Shown: positions 1 to 13,056, counted from the first letter of the stretch. The stretch is DNA of 64,000 nt from Eledone cirrhosa (GCA_964016885.1 OZ024746.1:94674001-94738000), one strand, 5' to 3'. The notes: generated by a model from the sequence alone, not told the origin. Program-made: numbers and translations.

Positions 1-163
1 TTCTGCAGGATTTCTTATCAGAAAAAGTCTGTTGAAACAGATATTGTTACACTTTGGGAGGGTCATGCAACACTCAAAAACAAAATGGTGTACTACAAAA
101 CAAAGGAGGGACAAAAATAAAAACCCACTTACTGTCAAGGTCACAATGTGTGACAAAAGAGTA

Positions 164-382
164 TGATAATATATAAACAACCATATGGTTAACGAAACAA
201 CCAACAGGAAATTTATAATAGATTGAAGTGAAAACCAACAGGTATATATATATATATTGTTGTACTTTGGGAGGGTCATGCTGCCAATAAAAACACACGC
301 ACCCTTTTTGGTTTTCACTTCAATATAATATAAATTTCCTGTTGGTTGGTTCGTTAACCAGATGGTTGTTTATATATTATCA
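164..382. mobile_element. Fold-back (inverted repeat) module, same family as 8255-9240
   Basis: ~75-bp arms 164-240 / 307-382; shares TTGGGAGGGTCAT and TTGGTTTTCACTTC motifs with the HHR-bearing module at 8255-9240; TA-flanked. Confidence 0.6.
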
Positions 383-859
383 AAACATTCTATATATATA
401 TATATATATATAATTGAATATTGATTAGTCTCCAGTACTTAAATAAATCGATAAAATATCAATCAGAGAAGCAATATTACATATTTTATTTAAGTGAAAC
501 AATTCTATTTGTATGCATATGAGCCAGATAGACCAAAAATAGTTTTATCTATCTCACTTCTATATCGATCTCTCTACCATGCTTTAATTTGTGGAAGAAG
601 CAACTATTGGAATAACCAATATTTGAAGAATCCACAAATTCGTCAGGGGAGTATTCTTCAATTCAAAGTAACGATAATGATTATGTGAATCTACATACTG
701 TTGCCGAGGTCGTGTAATTGAACCGTTACATTAACAAATATCTATTAATATTAGGACTACGTAACAGGCTTAAAATACCGCTAGTAATAGCAGCCAAAAG
801 ACCGTCTGACACAGCTCAACACACGCACACATACATATACATGTGGTCTTTTCCCATCC

Positions 860-1262
860 TCAATGTTGAGGGTCGGTGACCATGGACAATAGCAAACGCC
901 CCGACGGGTTTACCCTCTTCCTATTCAGAGGAGGTAGATCTCTCATCTGAGACTCCACATGTTGTGACACATTCTCAGCCTCCAACTTAGTCACTTTGGC
1001 CACAAACCCCGGTACTGCGTCTCGCAATGCTGAGGAAAGGTAAAGAAATAAATACCAGGTCTTGTCCAACCGCTCCCTCTTTGCACCGGTCGCCATGGAG
1101 ACCTCAGGTGTCCTCGGGCCCCGGACTGCAGAGCTCATCCGTAAGACCGACACGTCAGCAGGAAGGAGACCCGCGAGCTGGGTTGGCTGTTGCAGCGAGT
1201 GTCACCGGTCATTGACCGACGAAATACCTTTGCAGTTTTGTCAGCACCACCCTACGCCCAGG
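860..1262 (+). mobile_element. CRE-like non-LTR retrotransposon 3' fragment (restriction-like endonuclease), degenerate
   Basis: Reads KRPDGFTLFLFRGGRSLI*DSTCCDTFS...PVAMETSGVLGP...WLLQRVS with stops/frameshifts; PD-(D/E)xK RLE pattern. Confidence 0.7.
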
Positions 1263-2534
1263 TCTTAACACCTTCTTCCTTCCCCTCTCTTTCTTCTGCG
1301 GCCCCAAACTACTTGTCTTTTCCCTCCTTTTCCTCTTATTTATGGTTTAAGAGTCCTTTCCTCTACTTTTCCATACAGCCAAATCTGCCCTTCTTTGCTT
1401 CTTAATTATCCTGTGATGCTCTCTCCACCGCCTGAGAACTTGCCAATGACTCAATGCATAAACATGTGGTAAATATCACATTATTCGAAATTTAATAGAT
1501 TTTCTATGTGGTACTTCACTCAGTCTTTCATGCACGAGCTTGTATAAAAATGATGGATATAATTGCCTAACAGGATATAAATTTTCGATAAGCATTTTAT
1601 TTGTTGTTTTGAGCGTTGTTAGTACAATATAATTAGTTGCTTGGTGCATTTGTACCAAGCAGTATTGTCTATACTGGTTGGAATTTTATAAAATTTGTGG
1701 AAAGTTTCACTGTTAGAGAAAAGAGGAACATTTTAAATTGTTATTTAATACCAGGTCAACATTTATCACGTAGACCTATTCCTAAAGACATTCCAGTTAC
1801 AACCATCATGTAGTTATATGAATATTGAAGAAAACATCTAAAATTTGTGTTTCCTTATATAATACTGTATGGTGTAATTTGAGAGGAATTTAGCTGTTAT
1901 TTCTAGCTAGTCAGTTGTTCGGCGTATTAGATACCCACCTCCTATGATGCTATAATTGACAGAATCGTTAGAACGTCGGATAGAATACTTTGCCGTATTC
2001 GTTTCTGCTCTCTACTCTCTGAGTTCAAATCCCGCCGAGGTTAACTTTGCCTTTCATCCTTTTGAGGACGATAAAATAATACCAGTCTAGTACTGAGGTC
2101 GATTCTTCCTCTATATCTCTTTCTCACGTCTTCTCTCACTCTCTCTATAGCCTATCTTTCTCTGGAAAAAACCTGCTATTTCCAGACCTGGAGAGAAGAA
2201 GGGCTTCGTCAGCTTTTAAAAAATGCCTAAGAAACGCCGTATGTCATTACGGCACCTCTACGAGTCCCCCAGGAATTGCGGGACCATGCATACAAGAAGC
2301 TATAGAATATCGCTTGCGATAGACCCTTGAACTCTGAAATTTAACTTATTACACGTCAATGCTACCACTGTTTCCTCAATGTTACCTTTGTTTATTACAA
2401 CGGACTATACACCTTCAGTAACATCAATATACACTCAATGTGTCCGAACACGGAAAAGCCGAACTCCCACAGTCATCGCTCCCATCTTTCTCGTCCTCCT
2501 CATCTATCTGTATAGTGAGCAAATGGGGTCCCAA

Positions 2535-2660
2535 GTGCTGGCCGCCCCACAGCGGACAGAATGGAGAAGGCGTTTCCCCGGAGGATGGTAAGCGCTGGAA
2601 GAGCCATTCCATCTGGCGAGGCTCACACCTGCGGCTGGCCAACTCAGCGTCTATGGTGGT
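2535..2660 (-). mobile_element. CRE-like RLE C-terminal fragment
   Basis: ASRRCEPRQMEWLFQR...SSGET, homologous to 37790-38260 and 27500-27790. Confidence 0.6.
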
Positions 2661-3369
2661 TATGATTTACTCTCAACCGGCAGCATCTATTTCGAGTTAG
2701 GTTGACTGGATGGATACCGTTTGAAAGTTCCATTAGGAAGACATTAACTGCTCTGAAACCTGTCGGTTTGGCCAGCCTCGTTCTGAGTATAGAAATACTA
2801 CGTTTATACTTTCCCTGAAAATAATAGGGGTCATAAAACAGAATGACGGACACGGTTCAATGAAATCCCACTCTTATTCTAATATAAATTCTTCCGTCGG
2901 TTTCGACGATGAGTATTCAAATTGCTCAATCAACAGACAGCCTACTAGTCAAATGAACGTGAAGGTGACTGAACATTTCAGAGATACGTGTGCTTTTAAC
3001 ATAGTCCTCAGGGAGATTCAGCGTGTGTCTTAGAGGGTTGATTCTTTAAATTACAGGACACTTCATTCGAGTGGATTCCAATTAATGTCTGTCAATTTAG
3101 TTTTATTCACAATGTTTTGGTCTTCTTTTGGGGTTTTTTTAACGATCAAGCCATGCTGCTTATTATATGAAATGAATGGATTCAAAAAGGAACTCAATAT
3201 ATGTGTGAAAGTACCGACTAGATATTTCGAATGCTCCCGAATGGACATGGATCAATCGCATAGGGTAGTCAAGATCATCGGTCGCCAACCGGTGATCCAA
3301 TAGAAAAATGTGGTGGTCCGCAGAAAAATTTGGACCTTATTTACAATTTTTATGTTTTATTAATAATGA

Positions 3370-3583
3370 TTTCTAGTATAGGCACAAGGCCAGTAATTTG
3401 GGGAGGGGGGGGGAGTCAATTAAATCGACCCTAGTACATTACTGGTACTTTATTTGATCGACCCCGTAAGGATGAAGGCAAAGCTAACGTCGACGGCATT
3501 TGAACTCAGACCATAAAAGGCCGTAACTCTTTGCTGCAAAGCATGGTGTCCAACCCTCTACTGATACTGCCAATCCACCGCCC
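3370..3583 (-). mobile_element. tRNA-derived SINE family A (GCCTTTCATCCTTACGGGGTCGATAAAATAAAGTACCAG central domain)
   Basis: Head GGCGGTGGATTGGCAGTATC, B-box-like GAGTTCAAAT; flanked by duplicated ATGTTTTATTAATAA. Confidence 0.85.
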
Positions 3584-3899
3584 AATGTTTTATTAATAAC
3601 TGTTTCTACTTTTGGCACAAGGTCAGGAATTATACCAGTGTATTACTGGTACTTTATTTTAAAGCAAATAACATTCGATTAAAATATATTTTATAACCCT
3701 TCCCCTCCCGCCTAAAAAAATGTTTTTCCTCGGTAAAGGACTAACAGATATGTATCATCTATCAACAATATGACCCATGTACGCTTTAGCAATTATAATT
3801 TTGTTATAATTGAATAAGCAATTACAATTTTGTTATATTTAATAGATGCATTTCATATTAATAAAATGGTAGTTCTCTGATCTTATGTTACGAATGACA

Positions 3900-4980
3900 G
3901 GAGCAAAGATAAACAAAGAAACGTCGGTGGGCTTGCAGCTCGGCACCTGCTGAGGCAAATCCATGCCGTCTGACAGCGTCGGGGGCCGCTGGACGTTAAA
4001 TTGTTCGGGGTTGGTTCGATCCAGACCTCTGGATGGAGAAAAACTGGAGCGAGGTGACGATTAACGTGGCCTCTCTCAACCAGAAATGGGCCGAGAGGTA
4101 GCTGTCCCTGAAGGATCGGGAGGAGGTGGCGAATACATACACTGCATCCGTCATCTGCTGCCGCCTGACACTCGTGATTTACCCCGGCCCAACTCTGACC
4201 AAAATGGAGCGCCTTCTCTTCCGCTTTTTTGTGGAAGGGACGTGCTCCCATCTGCTGTCAGCTCTCGATGCGTGGTGGACTGGGCATGCCGTGGCTAATG
4301 ATGCGCAAACATGCGCCGAGGCTGCGACATCTCTGGGGCTTCCTTGACGGTAAACAGGTGTGGTCGCCGTTTGCCAGATGCGTTTTACCCCAGCTCGTCT
4401 CCTTGACGAAGCTGCAGTCCTGGATCAGGAAAATACCGAGGGATAGCGCTTGGAAGCTGGAATGTCTCCAAGCGCTCACCGCCCTCTACCAGCTGGGCAC
4501 TAGTATCGGTGGAGCATCCACCTCAGCGTTCTATAGAGGACTAGTGGAGGGGAAGAGAGACGACGTCCTCGGGGAGACCCTGGGCTTTGAAGACGATCAG
4601 CTGTTTGCTCTCTTCAAAAGCACTTTCAGCCCGGGGCCTATGGGCAACTTCCAGAAATCTTTGGCTTGACAGTGCTACGGGGGAGTGTTGCCGGTTCTGG
4701 ATAAGCTATACAGGTCCGAGATGCGCACAGGGTGACGAAACCGTTGTACATGCACTCGTTCAGTGCCTGAGCATTGCTGACTTGTGAGGCTATGTCGAAC
4801 AGTTGCTGTCGCGTGTAGGACGAATCCGGTTATCGACTGAGTCCATTGTGCAGATAGCTCGGCCGTCATCCTTTAATGAGGAGGAAGAGCAGGCAGTTTT
4901 CATCTGCCTGGTGGCCATGGCGAAAGAGATTGTGTGGTGGACAAGGTTGAAAGGATTGAAGACGGACACTTTCATTAAGT
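3900..4980 (+). mobile_element. Tx1/L1-clade LINE ORF2 remnant (RT C-terminus and Cys/His finger)
   Basis: Frameshifted peptides ...GGLGMPWLMMRKHA.RLRHL... and PRCAQGDETVVHALVQC...AVFICLVAMAKEIVWWTRLKGLK. Confidence 0.75.
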
Positions 4981-5264
4981 TAGCAGAGAAAGATAGCATA
5001 GGTTGTCCACAACTACAAACGCTCGACTACTAAGATCACAAATTTGTGATCTGCATGGTCGATCTAGAAAGAACATGTAGACAGGGACCTGGTTACTAGA
5101 AGCATAGCGCGTCATCCCTGCGTTTAAAGACGACACAAACCGGATTAGTTAAGCGACATTTGACAGGGACAATAATCAGCAAGGCTGCTCTTAAGTGAGC
5201 AATTAGAGTAAAATCAATAGCTTTTAAAGGCGAGCAAGGCACTGCCCCCCGGAACAGATACAAA

Positions 5265-5545
5265 CTATGCAGTGTGGAAATACCTAAACAGACCAAGATC
5301 TGGTGTTGGACGTGCAAAAGTCAATCTTGCAAAATGGGGGATATTTAAAGACGTTGTGTGTGACTGCGGCAACGAACCACAGACTACACAGCACCTCCTG
5401 GTATGCCCTCTGCTGGAACACCCCAGCACAGCATTGGACTTATTGCAGAGATTAATGAGAAAGGACAGCAATGTGTTGAGCTGTGGCAGAACCCCATTTA
5501 GCCAAGCTTTGTAACTGATACTCTTCTGGACACGGCAAGAAGAAC
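5265..5545 (+). mobile_element. LINE 3' end with CCHC finger (clade uncertain, possibly Ingi/Vingi-like)
   Basis: LNRPRSGVGRAKVNLAKWG...CDCGNEPQTTQHLLVCP followed by short AAG tail. Confidence 0.55.
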
Positions 5546-6243
5546 GTTGAGTCTCGCTGAACCATAATTTTATCTATATTATGAATAAAATAAAGCATCC
5601 TTTCAATTTTATTTGAAAGATTAAACTAAAGTTATAATTTTCTTTAAACACTTTTTACGTTGGTTTCTTCAAATATAAGAAGAAATCATCTAAAAACTGG
5701 TCAATAATTTATTTGTAAAAGTTTGTGTGCGCATGCGCGTTTGGTGACCCACTTCTCCTTCCCTAATGTTTTAAGCAACTCTTACTACTCCTCATCGCCC
5801 CTCATCTTCTCCCCACCTTTCTTTTGTATGTAGCTATCGCCTGCTTTTACGCTACCACCACATACATTGCAGAATCAAAGTATTTTACTACTCTATATCT
5901 TATACATATGCACTCTTTCTCTCTCCCCTCTCTCATACTATCCGCAGCATTGAGGCCTTCTGAAGTACTTTTGGTCAAGCGCCTGGATTGAATATAATCA
6001 GTATTGGCTATAAGTGACTGTTTTAGTACAAGTGCAGAGGTACTGAAGAAGTAAAGAAGTAACAATAGGAGAAAATAGAGTTGGAGGGGACTAGATTAGT
6101 TAGAAGAGACGATTAGGAGCAGTAACCGGTGTACTAGATTAGGAGCAGTAACCGGTGTACTACCAGCGAACATGGAACTACACCATTTCTCCAATACGAA
6201 ATACGAAGCTGTTCAATGAACCTGAGTGACAGATCGCAGTGAA

Positions 6244-6790
6244 GTTGTTGTTGTTGTTGTGCTTCTTCTTCTTCTTCTTCTTCTTCTTCTTCTTCTTCTT
6301 CTTCTTCTTCTTCTTCTTCTTCTTCTTCTTCTTCTTCTTCTTCTTCTTCTTCTTCTTCTTCTGTGGTTGTGTTTTGCGATTACCGTAGTTGTTCTCGTAC
6401 AAAGAACAACGCAGTAGTAGTAGCAGCAGCAATAGTAGTAGTAGTGGTAGTAGTAGCAGCAGTGGTAGTAGTAATAGCAGTAGCAGTAGTAGTAGCAGTA
6501 TTAATAGCAGCAGTAGTAGTAGTAGCAGCAGCAATAGTAGTAGTAGTGGTAGTAGTAGCAGCAGTAGTAGTAGTAATAGCAGTAGCAGTAGTAGTAGCAG
6601 TATTAATAGCAGCAGTAGTAGTAGTAGCAGCAGCAATAGTAGTAGTAGTGGTAGTAGTAGCAGCAGTAGTAGTAGTAATAGCAGTAGCAGTAGTAGTAGC
6701 AGTATTAATAGCAGCAGTAGTAGTAGTAGTAGTAGCAGCAGTAGCAACAGCAGTAGCAGCAGTAGCAGTAGTAGTAGCAGCAGTAGCAAC
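6244..6790. repeat. (GTT)n/(CTT)n and compound (AGT/AGC)n microsatellites
   Basis: Direct inspection. Confidence 0.95.
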
Positions 6791-7266
6791 AAAGCAGCTG
6801 GTGTTGAAAGTAAAGAGAAGCAATTGTGCAGCCGTACTAGGAGCAGCAACGTCAGTTTTAGATGAGAGTCGTGGGTGTTCATTACATTTCATTCATGGAG
6901 CCACGTGCTGTGATGTCACCTATGCAACTTCCTCACAACAAAATTGCATGAAAGCAAGCCGGAAGCAACTCCATCGTCCTGCCAAAGCAGCAGCAATGAA
7001 GTTGAGCTTTGTTTAATATAGCATTCCCTCTTCTTTTCTACCCTACAAGTGGTTATGTTTAGTCTGGTAGAGTATTAAGTGTAAACAAATGCAATATATT
7101 CTATTCATTATTTTCATTTTGTTGAAAATCAACAACAGCAAAAAGGAAATGTAGACCCAGGAAAATGGTAGAAGCAAGTATTAATGGAATGTTAATCTAT
7201 TATATAAACATTTTAGGTAGCTCACGGAGAGCTAGTTTGTCGAGTTTACTTACGGAGGTGTCGAGT

Positions 7267-7890
7267 TCAAGGCTCTTTAATTTCTATGTGAAGGTGAATG
7301 GCTTAATGGTTAGGGTGTTTGGTCGCATTTAAGGCTCTTTAATTTCTAAGTGAAGGTGAGTGGCTTAATGGTTAGAGTGTTTGGTCGCATTCAAGGCTCT
7401 TTAATTTCTATGTGAAGGTGAGTGGCTTAATGGTTAGGGTGTTTGGTCGCATTTAAGGCTCTTTAATTTCTATGTGAAGGTGAGTGGCTTAATGGTTAGA
7501 GTGTTTGGTCGCATTCAAGGCTCTTTAATTTCTATGTGAAGGTGAGTGGCTTAATGGTTAGGGTGTTTGGTCGCATTCAAGGCTCTTTAATTTCTATGTG
7601 AAGGTGAGTGGCTTAATGGTTAGGGTGTTTGGTCGCATTTAAGGCTCTTTAATTTCTATGTGAAGGTGAGTGGCTTAATGGTTAGAGTGTTTGGTCGCAT
7701 TCAAGGCTCTTTAATTTCTATGTGAAGGTGAGTGGCTTAATGGTTAGGGTGTTTGGTCGCATTCAAGGCTCTTTAATTTCTATGTGAAGGTGAGTGGCTT
7801 AATGGTTAGGGTGTTTGGTCGCATTTAAGGCTCTTTAATTTCTATGTGAAGGTGAGTGGCTTAATGGTTAGGGTATTTGGTCGCATTCAA
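7267..7890 (+). repeat. 62-bp tandem minisatellite (~10 copies) derived from a SINE 5' end
   Basis: Unit TCAAGGCTCTTTAATTTCTATGTGAAGGTGAGTGGCTTAATGGTTAGGGTGTTTGGTCGCAT; contains A-box TGGCTTAATGG; followed by a degenerate SINE at 7909-8030. Confidence 0.9.
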
Positions 7891-8216
7891 GTCTCTATTT
7901 TTTTATGAGAAGGTTCGTAGCTTAGTGATTAAGGGGTGCGGTTCACAATTGTAAGGGCGTAAGGTCGAATCCTGCATGCGCCTTGTATCCTTGATAAGGA
8001 GACTTTATTATACGTTGTTCCTTTCCAGTCAACTGGGAGAAAATATATTTGTACTTGTAATTTGGGTTGGATTTAAAACTTGGAGCGGGGGCCACTTCAG
8101 GTTTGGAGAGCCGATCATACACAAAAATTTAGAATAAAAGCAAACTAGACTTGTCAATATAACATGTTTGAAAAAAAAAATCTGTTCCTTACTCACACAC
8201 ACACACACATGTATAT

Positions 8217-8254
<38 letters not shown>

Positions 8255-8261
<7 letters not shown>

Positions 8262-8729
8262 GGGAGCGGCATATTGTAATACTGCCCGAAATAATAACAG
8301 AACACACTCACTGTTTGGTTGGTTTTTGCTTCAGTATCTTTTATATCTTCATAGTTAATTTATTTGGCAATCAACATTTATCATTGATTGACCAGCGGTT
8401 AAAAATATAGATATAAATATATATATATAGTCTATAAAAGTTCTTTCGTTGCACATCTGCAACATCATCAGTGGTACTATAAAAATAAAAATGGCGTAAA
8501 CATACAATATAACAGGAGGAAACATAATAATACCACTGATGATGTTGCACACGTGCAACGAAAGAACTTTGATAGACTTTATATATATATTTATATCAGT
8601 ATTTTTAACCGCTGGTCAATCAATGATAAACATTGATTGCCAAATAAATTAACTATGGAGATATAAAAAATACAGAAGTGAAAACCAACCAAACAGTGAG
8701 ACACGCGATTTCATATCAAAAACCTTGCT

Positions 8730-8782
<53 letters not shown>

Positions 8783-9240
8783 ATATTTTGTTATATTTGG
8801 GGAGGGTCATATAGTTATAATATTGCCACAGAAATAATAAAACACACTCACTGTTTAGTTTGGGTTGGTTTTTCGCTTCTGTATCTTTTATATCTCCATA
8901 GTTAATTTATCTGGCAATCAATGTTTATCATTGATTGACCAACGATTAAAAATACAGATATAAATAGTCTATCAAAGTTCTTTCGTTGCACATCTGCAAC
9001 ATCATCAGTGGTAATATTATGTTTCCTCTCGTTGTATTGTAATGCCTACGCCATTTTTATTTAATTTATGTGTAATTTTTAACCGTTAGTTAATCAATGA
9101 TAAACATTGATTACCAGATAAATTAACTTTGGAGATATAAAAGATACAGAAGCGAAAACCAATCCAAACCAAACAGTGAGTGTGTTTAATTATTTCTGGC
9201 AATATTATAACAATATGACCCTCCCCAAATATAACATTTG
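8255..9240. mobile_element. Two fold-back modules with HHR-like motifs (putative PLE pLTR remnants)
   Basis: Arms ~8300-8476/8531-8700 and ~8795-8945/9085-9230; CTGATGA-tgttgca-cacg-tgcaac-GAAA at 8536-8563 with antisense copies at ~8440-8476 and ~8970-9014. Confidence 0.7.
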
Positions 9241-9394
9241 TTTCAACACACGATTTCATATCAAAAGCCTTGCAAAACAAATATATATATACACATATAT
9301 ATATATATATATATATGTGTATATATATATTAAGTTTGTTTTGAAACAGCGAGCGAGGTTTGTTATTTAGTGGAAATAGAAGTTTTTGTCGTAT

Positions 9395-9540
9395 TTTTTA
9401 CTAAAGAAATTTTAGCTTGATAGTGAGGGTTAAACCCTCTAAAAATGGAAAAGGAGGAGTATACGTCAATACTCACCCTTTTCCACTTTTAGAGGGGTTT
9501 AAGCCCTACTATCAGGCTTAAAATTTCTTTAGTAAAAAAA
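9395..9540. repeat. Imperfect ~145-bp hairpin between TA tracts
   Basis: TTTTTACTAAAGAAATTTTAG...GGAAAAGG / CCTTTTCC...AAAATTTCTTTAGTAAAAA. Confidence 0.75.
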
Positions 9541-9566
9541 ATATATATATTTAAAGTACAGCGAAA

Positions 9567-9616
<50 letters not shown>

Positions 9617-9619
<3 letters not shown>

Positions 9620-9950
9620 ATGGAAAACGAAAAATCAGTGATGCATCGGAATTCAATTTATTGTGTGTTACAATTGTTTCCCGGGCAAACAGCTCGAGGT
9701 ACGATCTGTGTGTGGATCGACCTGACTCTGGATTCACAGACGTGTCTGAGGAACCTGTGAATCCAGAGTCAGGTCGATAAACACACAGATCGCACCTCGA
9801 GCTGTTCGCCGGTGAAACAATTGTAACACACAATAAATTGAGTTCCGATGCATCACTGATTTTTCGTTCTCTATTCTATCATACTTTGCTCCGTAGGAGC
9901 ATAGAGTGCTCAACTGGCCTACCGCCTATGGAAGCATCTTAGCTACCATT
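9617..9950 (+). mobile_element. Fold-back mini-element with HHR and one-sided 3' tail
   Basis: Arms ~9617-9739 / 9755-9877, AATAAA after the HHR, tail 9878-9950; homolog at 46770-47110. Confidence 0.8.
9742..9829 (+). ncRNA. Type I hammerhead ribozyme with extended stem II
   Basis: gtgt-CTGAGGA-acc..(55 nt)..ggt-GAAAC-aatt-GTA-acac; stem I gtgt/acac, palindromic loop 3. Confidence 0.7.
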
Positions 9951-9974
9951 AGACACACACACACATACACACAT

Positions 9975-10034
<60 letters not shown>

Positions 10035-10214
10035 CAGGATGGATTCAGTTTGAAACTGGTTTTACCATTACCCAACAGAGTACTGAATACCTGGGATAGT
10101 AGAGTATAGTTATATTATAAAGAGTCGGGACCCGACGGTTGAGCTCTTGCCGTTTCTGCAGCTATTTCTAGCTATTTCAGCCGTCGGGTCCCGACTCATT
10201 ATATATATATAAGC

Positions 10215-10420
10215 AAGGAAGAAATACCAGGTGATGTGTTGTTATGGGGTCCATCTCATAGAGCAAGAAACCCTGGTCGTCCCAAGAAGACATACGTCAA
10301 GCAACTTGAAGACGATACTGAATGCACTGCAGAAGAACTGGCAAACGCTATGAGAGACAGAAATGGATGGAGAAAACGTGTCGCAGAAAGCCGAGCAAGC
10401 TCGACCTGATGATGATGATA
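10215..10420 (+). mobile_element. RTE-like LINE 3' end with (GAT)n tail
   Basis: EEIPGDVLLWGPSHRARNPGRPKKTYVKQLEDD...AMRDRNGW then GATGATGATGAT. Confidence 0.65.
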
Positions 10421-10697
10421 TATAGAATAAGAAAATGCGAAGTAGTTTCAGATGTTTTGGAGTATTGGATGATCAATTTCCATCGGATTTGCGCCTGCGC
10501 AAACCGGTGGTGGTGAATTAGGACTCACAGTGGAACGGGCGAAGGATTCAACTCGCTTTGTCCCTTCCCTTATCGATTCGATTTGTATTGTCTCGGGAAC
10601 GTAACCTTATTATGTAAGAAGCTGTATGATGATGTCATGGCACTGGGTACACGGAATCGTGTGGCCACTGTCGTCATTGAAATATGTATCACACATT

Positions 10698-10885
10698 GTG
10701 GATTGGCAGTATCGGTAGAGGGTCGGACGCCATGCTTTCCAGCATAGTTACGTCCCTTTACGATCTGAGTTCAGATCCCGCCGAGGTTGACTTTGCCTTT
10801 CATCCTTACGGGGTCGATAAAATAAAAGTACCAGTAATGCACTGGTTAATTGCTGGCCTTGTGCCTAAAGTAGAAACAATTATCA
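10698..10885 (+). mobile_element. SINE family A
   Basis: GTGGATTGGCAGTATCGG...GAGTTCAGATCCC...GCCTTTCATCCTTACGGGGTCGAT. Confidence 0.85.
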
Positions 10886-11234
10886 TTAAAGGACTTTAAC
10901 ATCTGAAACTACTTCGCATTTTCTTATTCTAAATATAATACTCCGTCACTCCTATGTGGAAAAAGTGCTTGAATTGAATTGCATCAATATTTACCGTTGG
11001 ACCAACCAAGCGCTCTTGCCATAATAACACATTTTGAACTGCTTATCCACAAGAACTATGCCTGTACCGGTAATAGACAATTATTAGATATATAAATAAA
11101 TAAATAAATAAATAAATACCATTGTTAATTAATAAATAAATTAACTAATACCATACCACTTCACACAAAGTAAAATATTTTGTTTTAAACATGTTCTAAC
11201 CCAGAAGAAAGAGAAAACAATAAAAGGAAAAAAA

Positions 11235-11620
11235 AAATATAAGTATGTACACGTACATACATATATGTATACCGACGTACAGTAGTATGTATATATATAT
11301 ATACATACATGCACACATATATATATGCACGTATGGATTCACCGAACATTTATTATAATGCTCGGTGTGTTTGTAAACAAGCTAACAAGCTTGAAACTAG
11401 TACAGCGTTCCTTTGTCAGTGTTGAACAAACGAGCAACGGTGGTTGCTAGACACTACGGCTTAATACGGGATGTTTGTTTACAAACACACCGAGCATTAT
11501 AATAAATGTTCGGTGAATCCATACGTGCATATATATATGTGTGCATGTATGTATATATATATATACATACTACTGTACGTCGGTATACATATATGTATGT
11601 ACGTGTACATACTTATATTT
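11235..11620. mobile_element. Apparently perfect 146-bp inverted repeat with 94-bp spacer carrying a 3' half HHR
   Basis: Arms 11235-11380 / 11475-11620 with no mismatch seen; aagct-aaca-agctt-GAAAC-ta-GTA at 11379-11402. Confidence 0.8.
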
Positions 11621-11761
11621 AAGTAACAGCCGTACTAAGAGTGGGAAATGAAATATCGTTTCATTTTTTCCGAAAAAAAAAATGTTTTCCTCCTAATAAT
11701 CGTCTTTTTCTCCCTATTTTTATACTATAAACAGAGAGCTGACATATCTAAGAGCTGACTA

Positions 11762-11817
11762 ACTGCCTGATGAGGTCTTAGCCATTCAATGGCTATCATC
11801 GAAATATATATAGCAGT
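11762..11817 (+). ncRNA. Minimal type I hammerhead ribozyme
   Basis: actgc-CTGATGA-ggt..tagccat-tca-atggcta..atc-GAAAT-atat-ATA-gcagt, followed by AATAAA. Confidence 0.8.
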
Positions 11818-11858
11818 AAATAAAGGATTATGAGTTCATGCAATTGACTTATGTTTCG

Positions 11859-11921
<63 letters not shown>

Positions 11922-12001
11922 CAACTCGTGTGCTCCTTCTCCACATTTTATTATATATATATATATATATATAAGTACGTAAGTCCATAGAATCATTTGA
12001 T

Positions 12002-12101
<100 letters not shown>

Positions 12102-12613
12102 TTGGTAGATAGATAGATGGTAAAATAATCTTCTGGTTGCAGTTAAGGCATATATTATCAGAATGAAGAGATAAATGGACATGTGATGTTGACCAAGTGT
12201 AACAGTCATAGATATTAGGGAAATGTGAAAGGTAAATAAACTGTTACAAAGGTTGGGATTACGTGATGGGTTAATATGTGTTTATTGTCTGTCAAATGGT
12301 GGAGGCGCGTGACCTAGCTAGAAATAACAGTCAAATCTTGGCCTGATGAGCCTCCAAGATCGAGGCAGACTTTAGCGACATTTTTAAAAGTGTCAAATAG
12401 ATGAACAGATACAGGAAGGGATTCGACCTCCATCGGTTTAGATGTTCACTGTTTAAGTTGTTCGATTAACAGAACAGCCTGATCATGAATTTAATATATA
12501 AGTGATGATCAGTCCACAGACACGTGTACCCTTAACATTACTTTCATGGAAATTGAAAATGATACAGTGTGCAGTACAACTGACCCTCTGAATTACAGAT
12601 TCGGTCCATCCGA

Positions 12614-13025
12614 TGGGTTCTTCTGAAGGGTCTCTGGAGTAACCTTATTCGATAGAGTGCGTAGTCCCGCAGATCAGAGACTCACTCCAGACAAAGCCAC
12701 TACTTCTCTGAATTGAGAGATCACAGCTCCGATACTATAGACATGTGGTTAGAACGTCTCAGGAAAATAGTCGCTGGATAGATTTTACGGGCAAAACCAG
12801 TTGGCAGGAGACCCAGGGGTAGACCCCGAACAAGATGGTTGGATAACATCCATGAGCTTGGCTGGTCTCGCTTGAGGATCCAGCCGTATCAGTTGGAGAC
12901 AGTTGCTTCTGACAGGACCCGCTGGAAGGAGTGTTTGAGGACTCTGCCCCCACGACCCTCTCAGGAATAAGTGGGTGAAGAAGAAGAAGAAGAAGAAGAA
13001 GAAGAAGAAGAAGAAGAAGAAGAAG

Positions 13026-13054
<29 letters not shown>
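12614..13054 (+). mobile_element. 5'-truncated RTE-clade LINE with (GAA)n tail inserted in an older SINE
   Basis: RVSGVTLFDRVRS...ERSQLRYY..VVR..GRRPRGRPRTRWLDNI; near-TSD GTC(C/T)ATCCGA 12604-12613 / 13055-13064. Confidence 0.8.

Positions 13055-13056
<2 letters not shown>

Noticed and set aside
2145-2215. Possible minus-strand HHR (CTGACGA...GAAA) and degenerate motif at 12343
   Set aside because: Stem I not convincing at 2145; GAAA missing at 12343; not counted as ribozymes
7267-7890. CRISPR-like regular array
   Set aside because: No unique spacers; plain head-to-tail repeat in eukaryotic DNA
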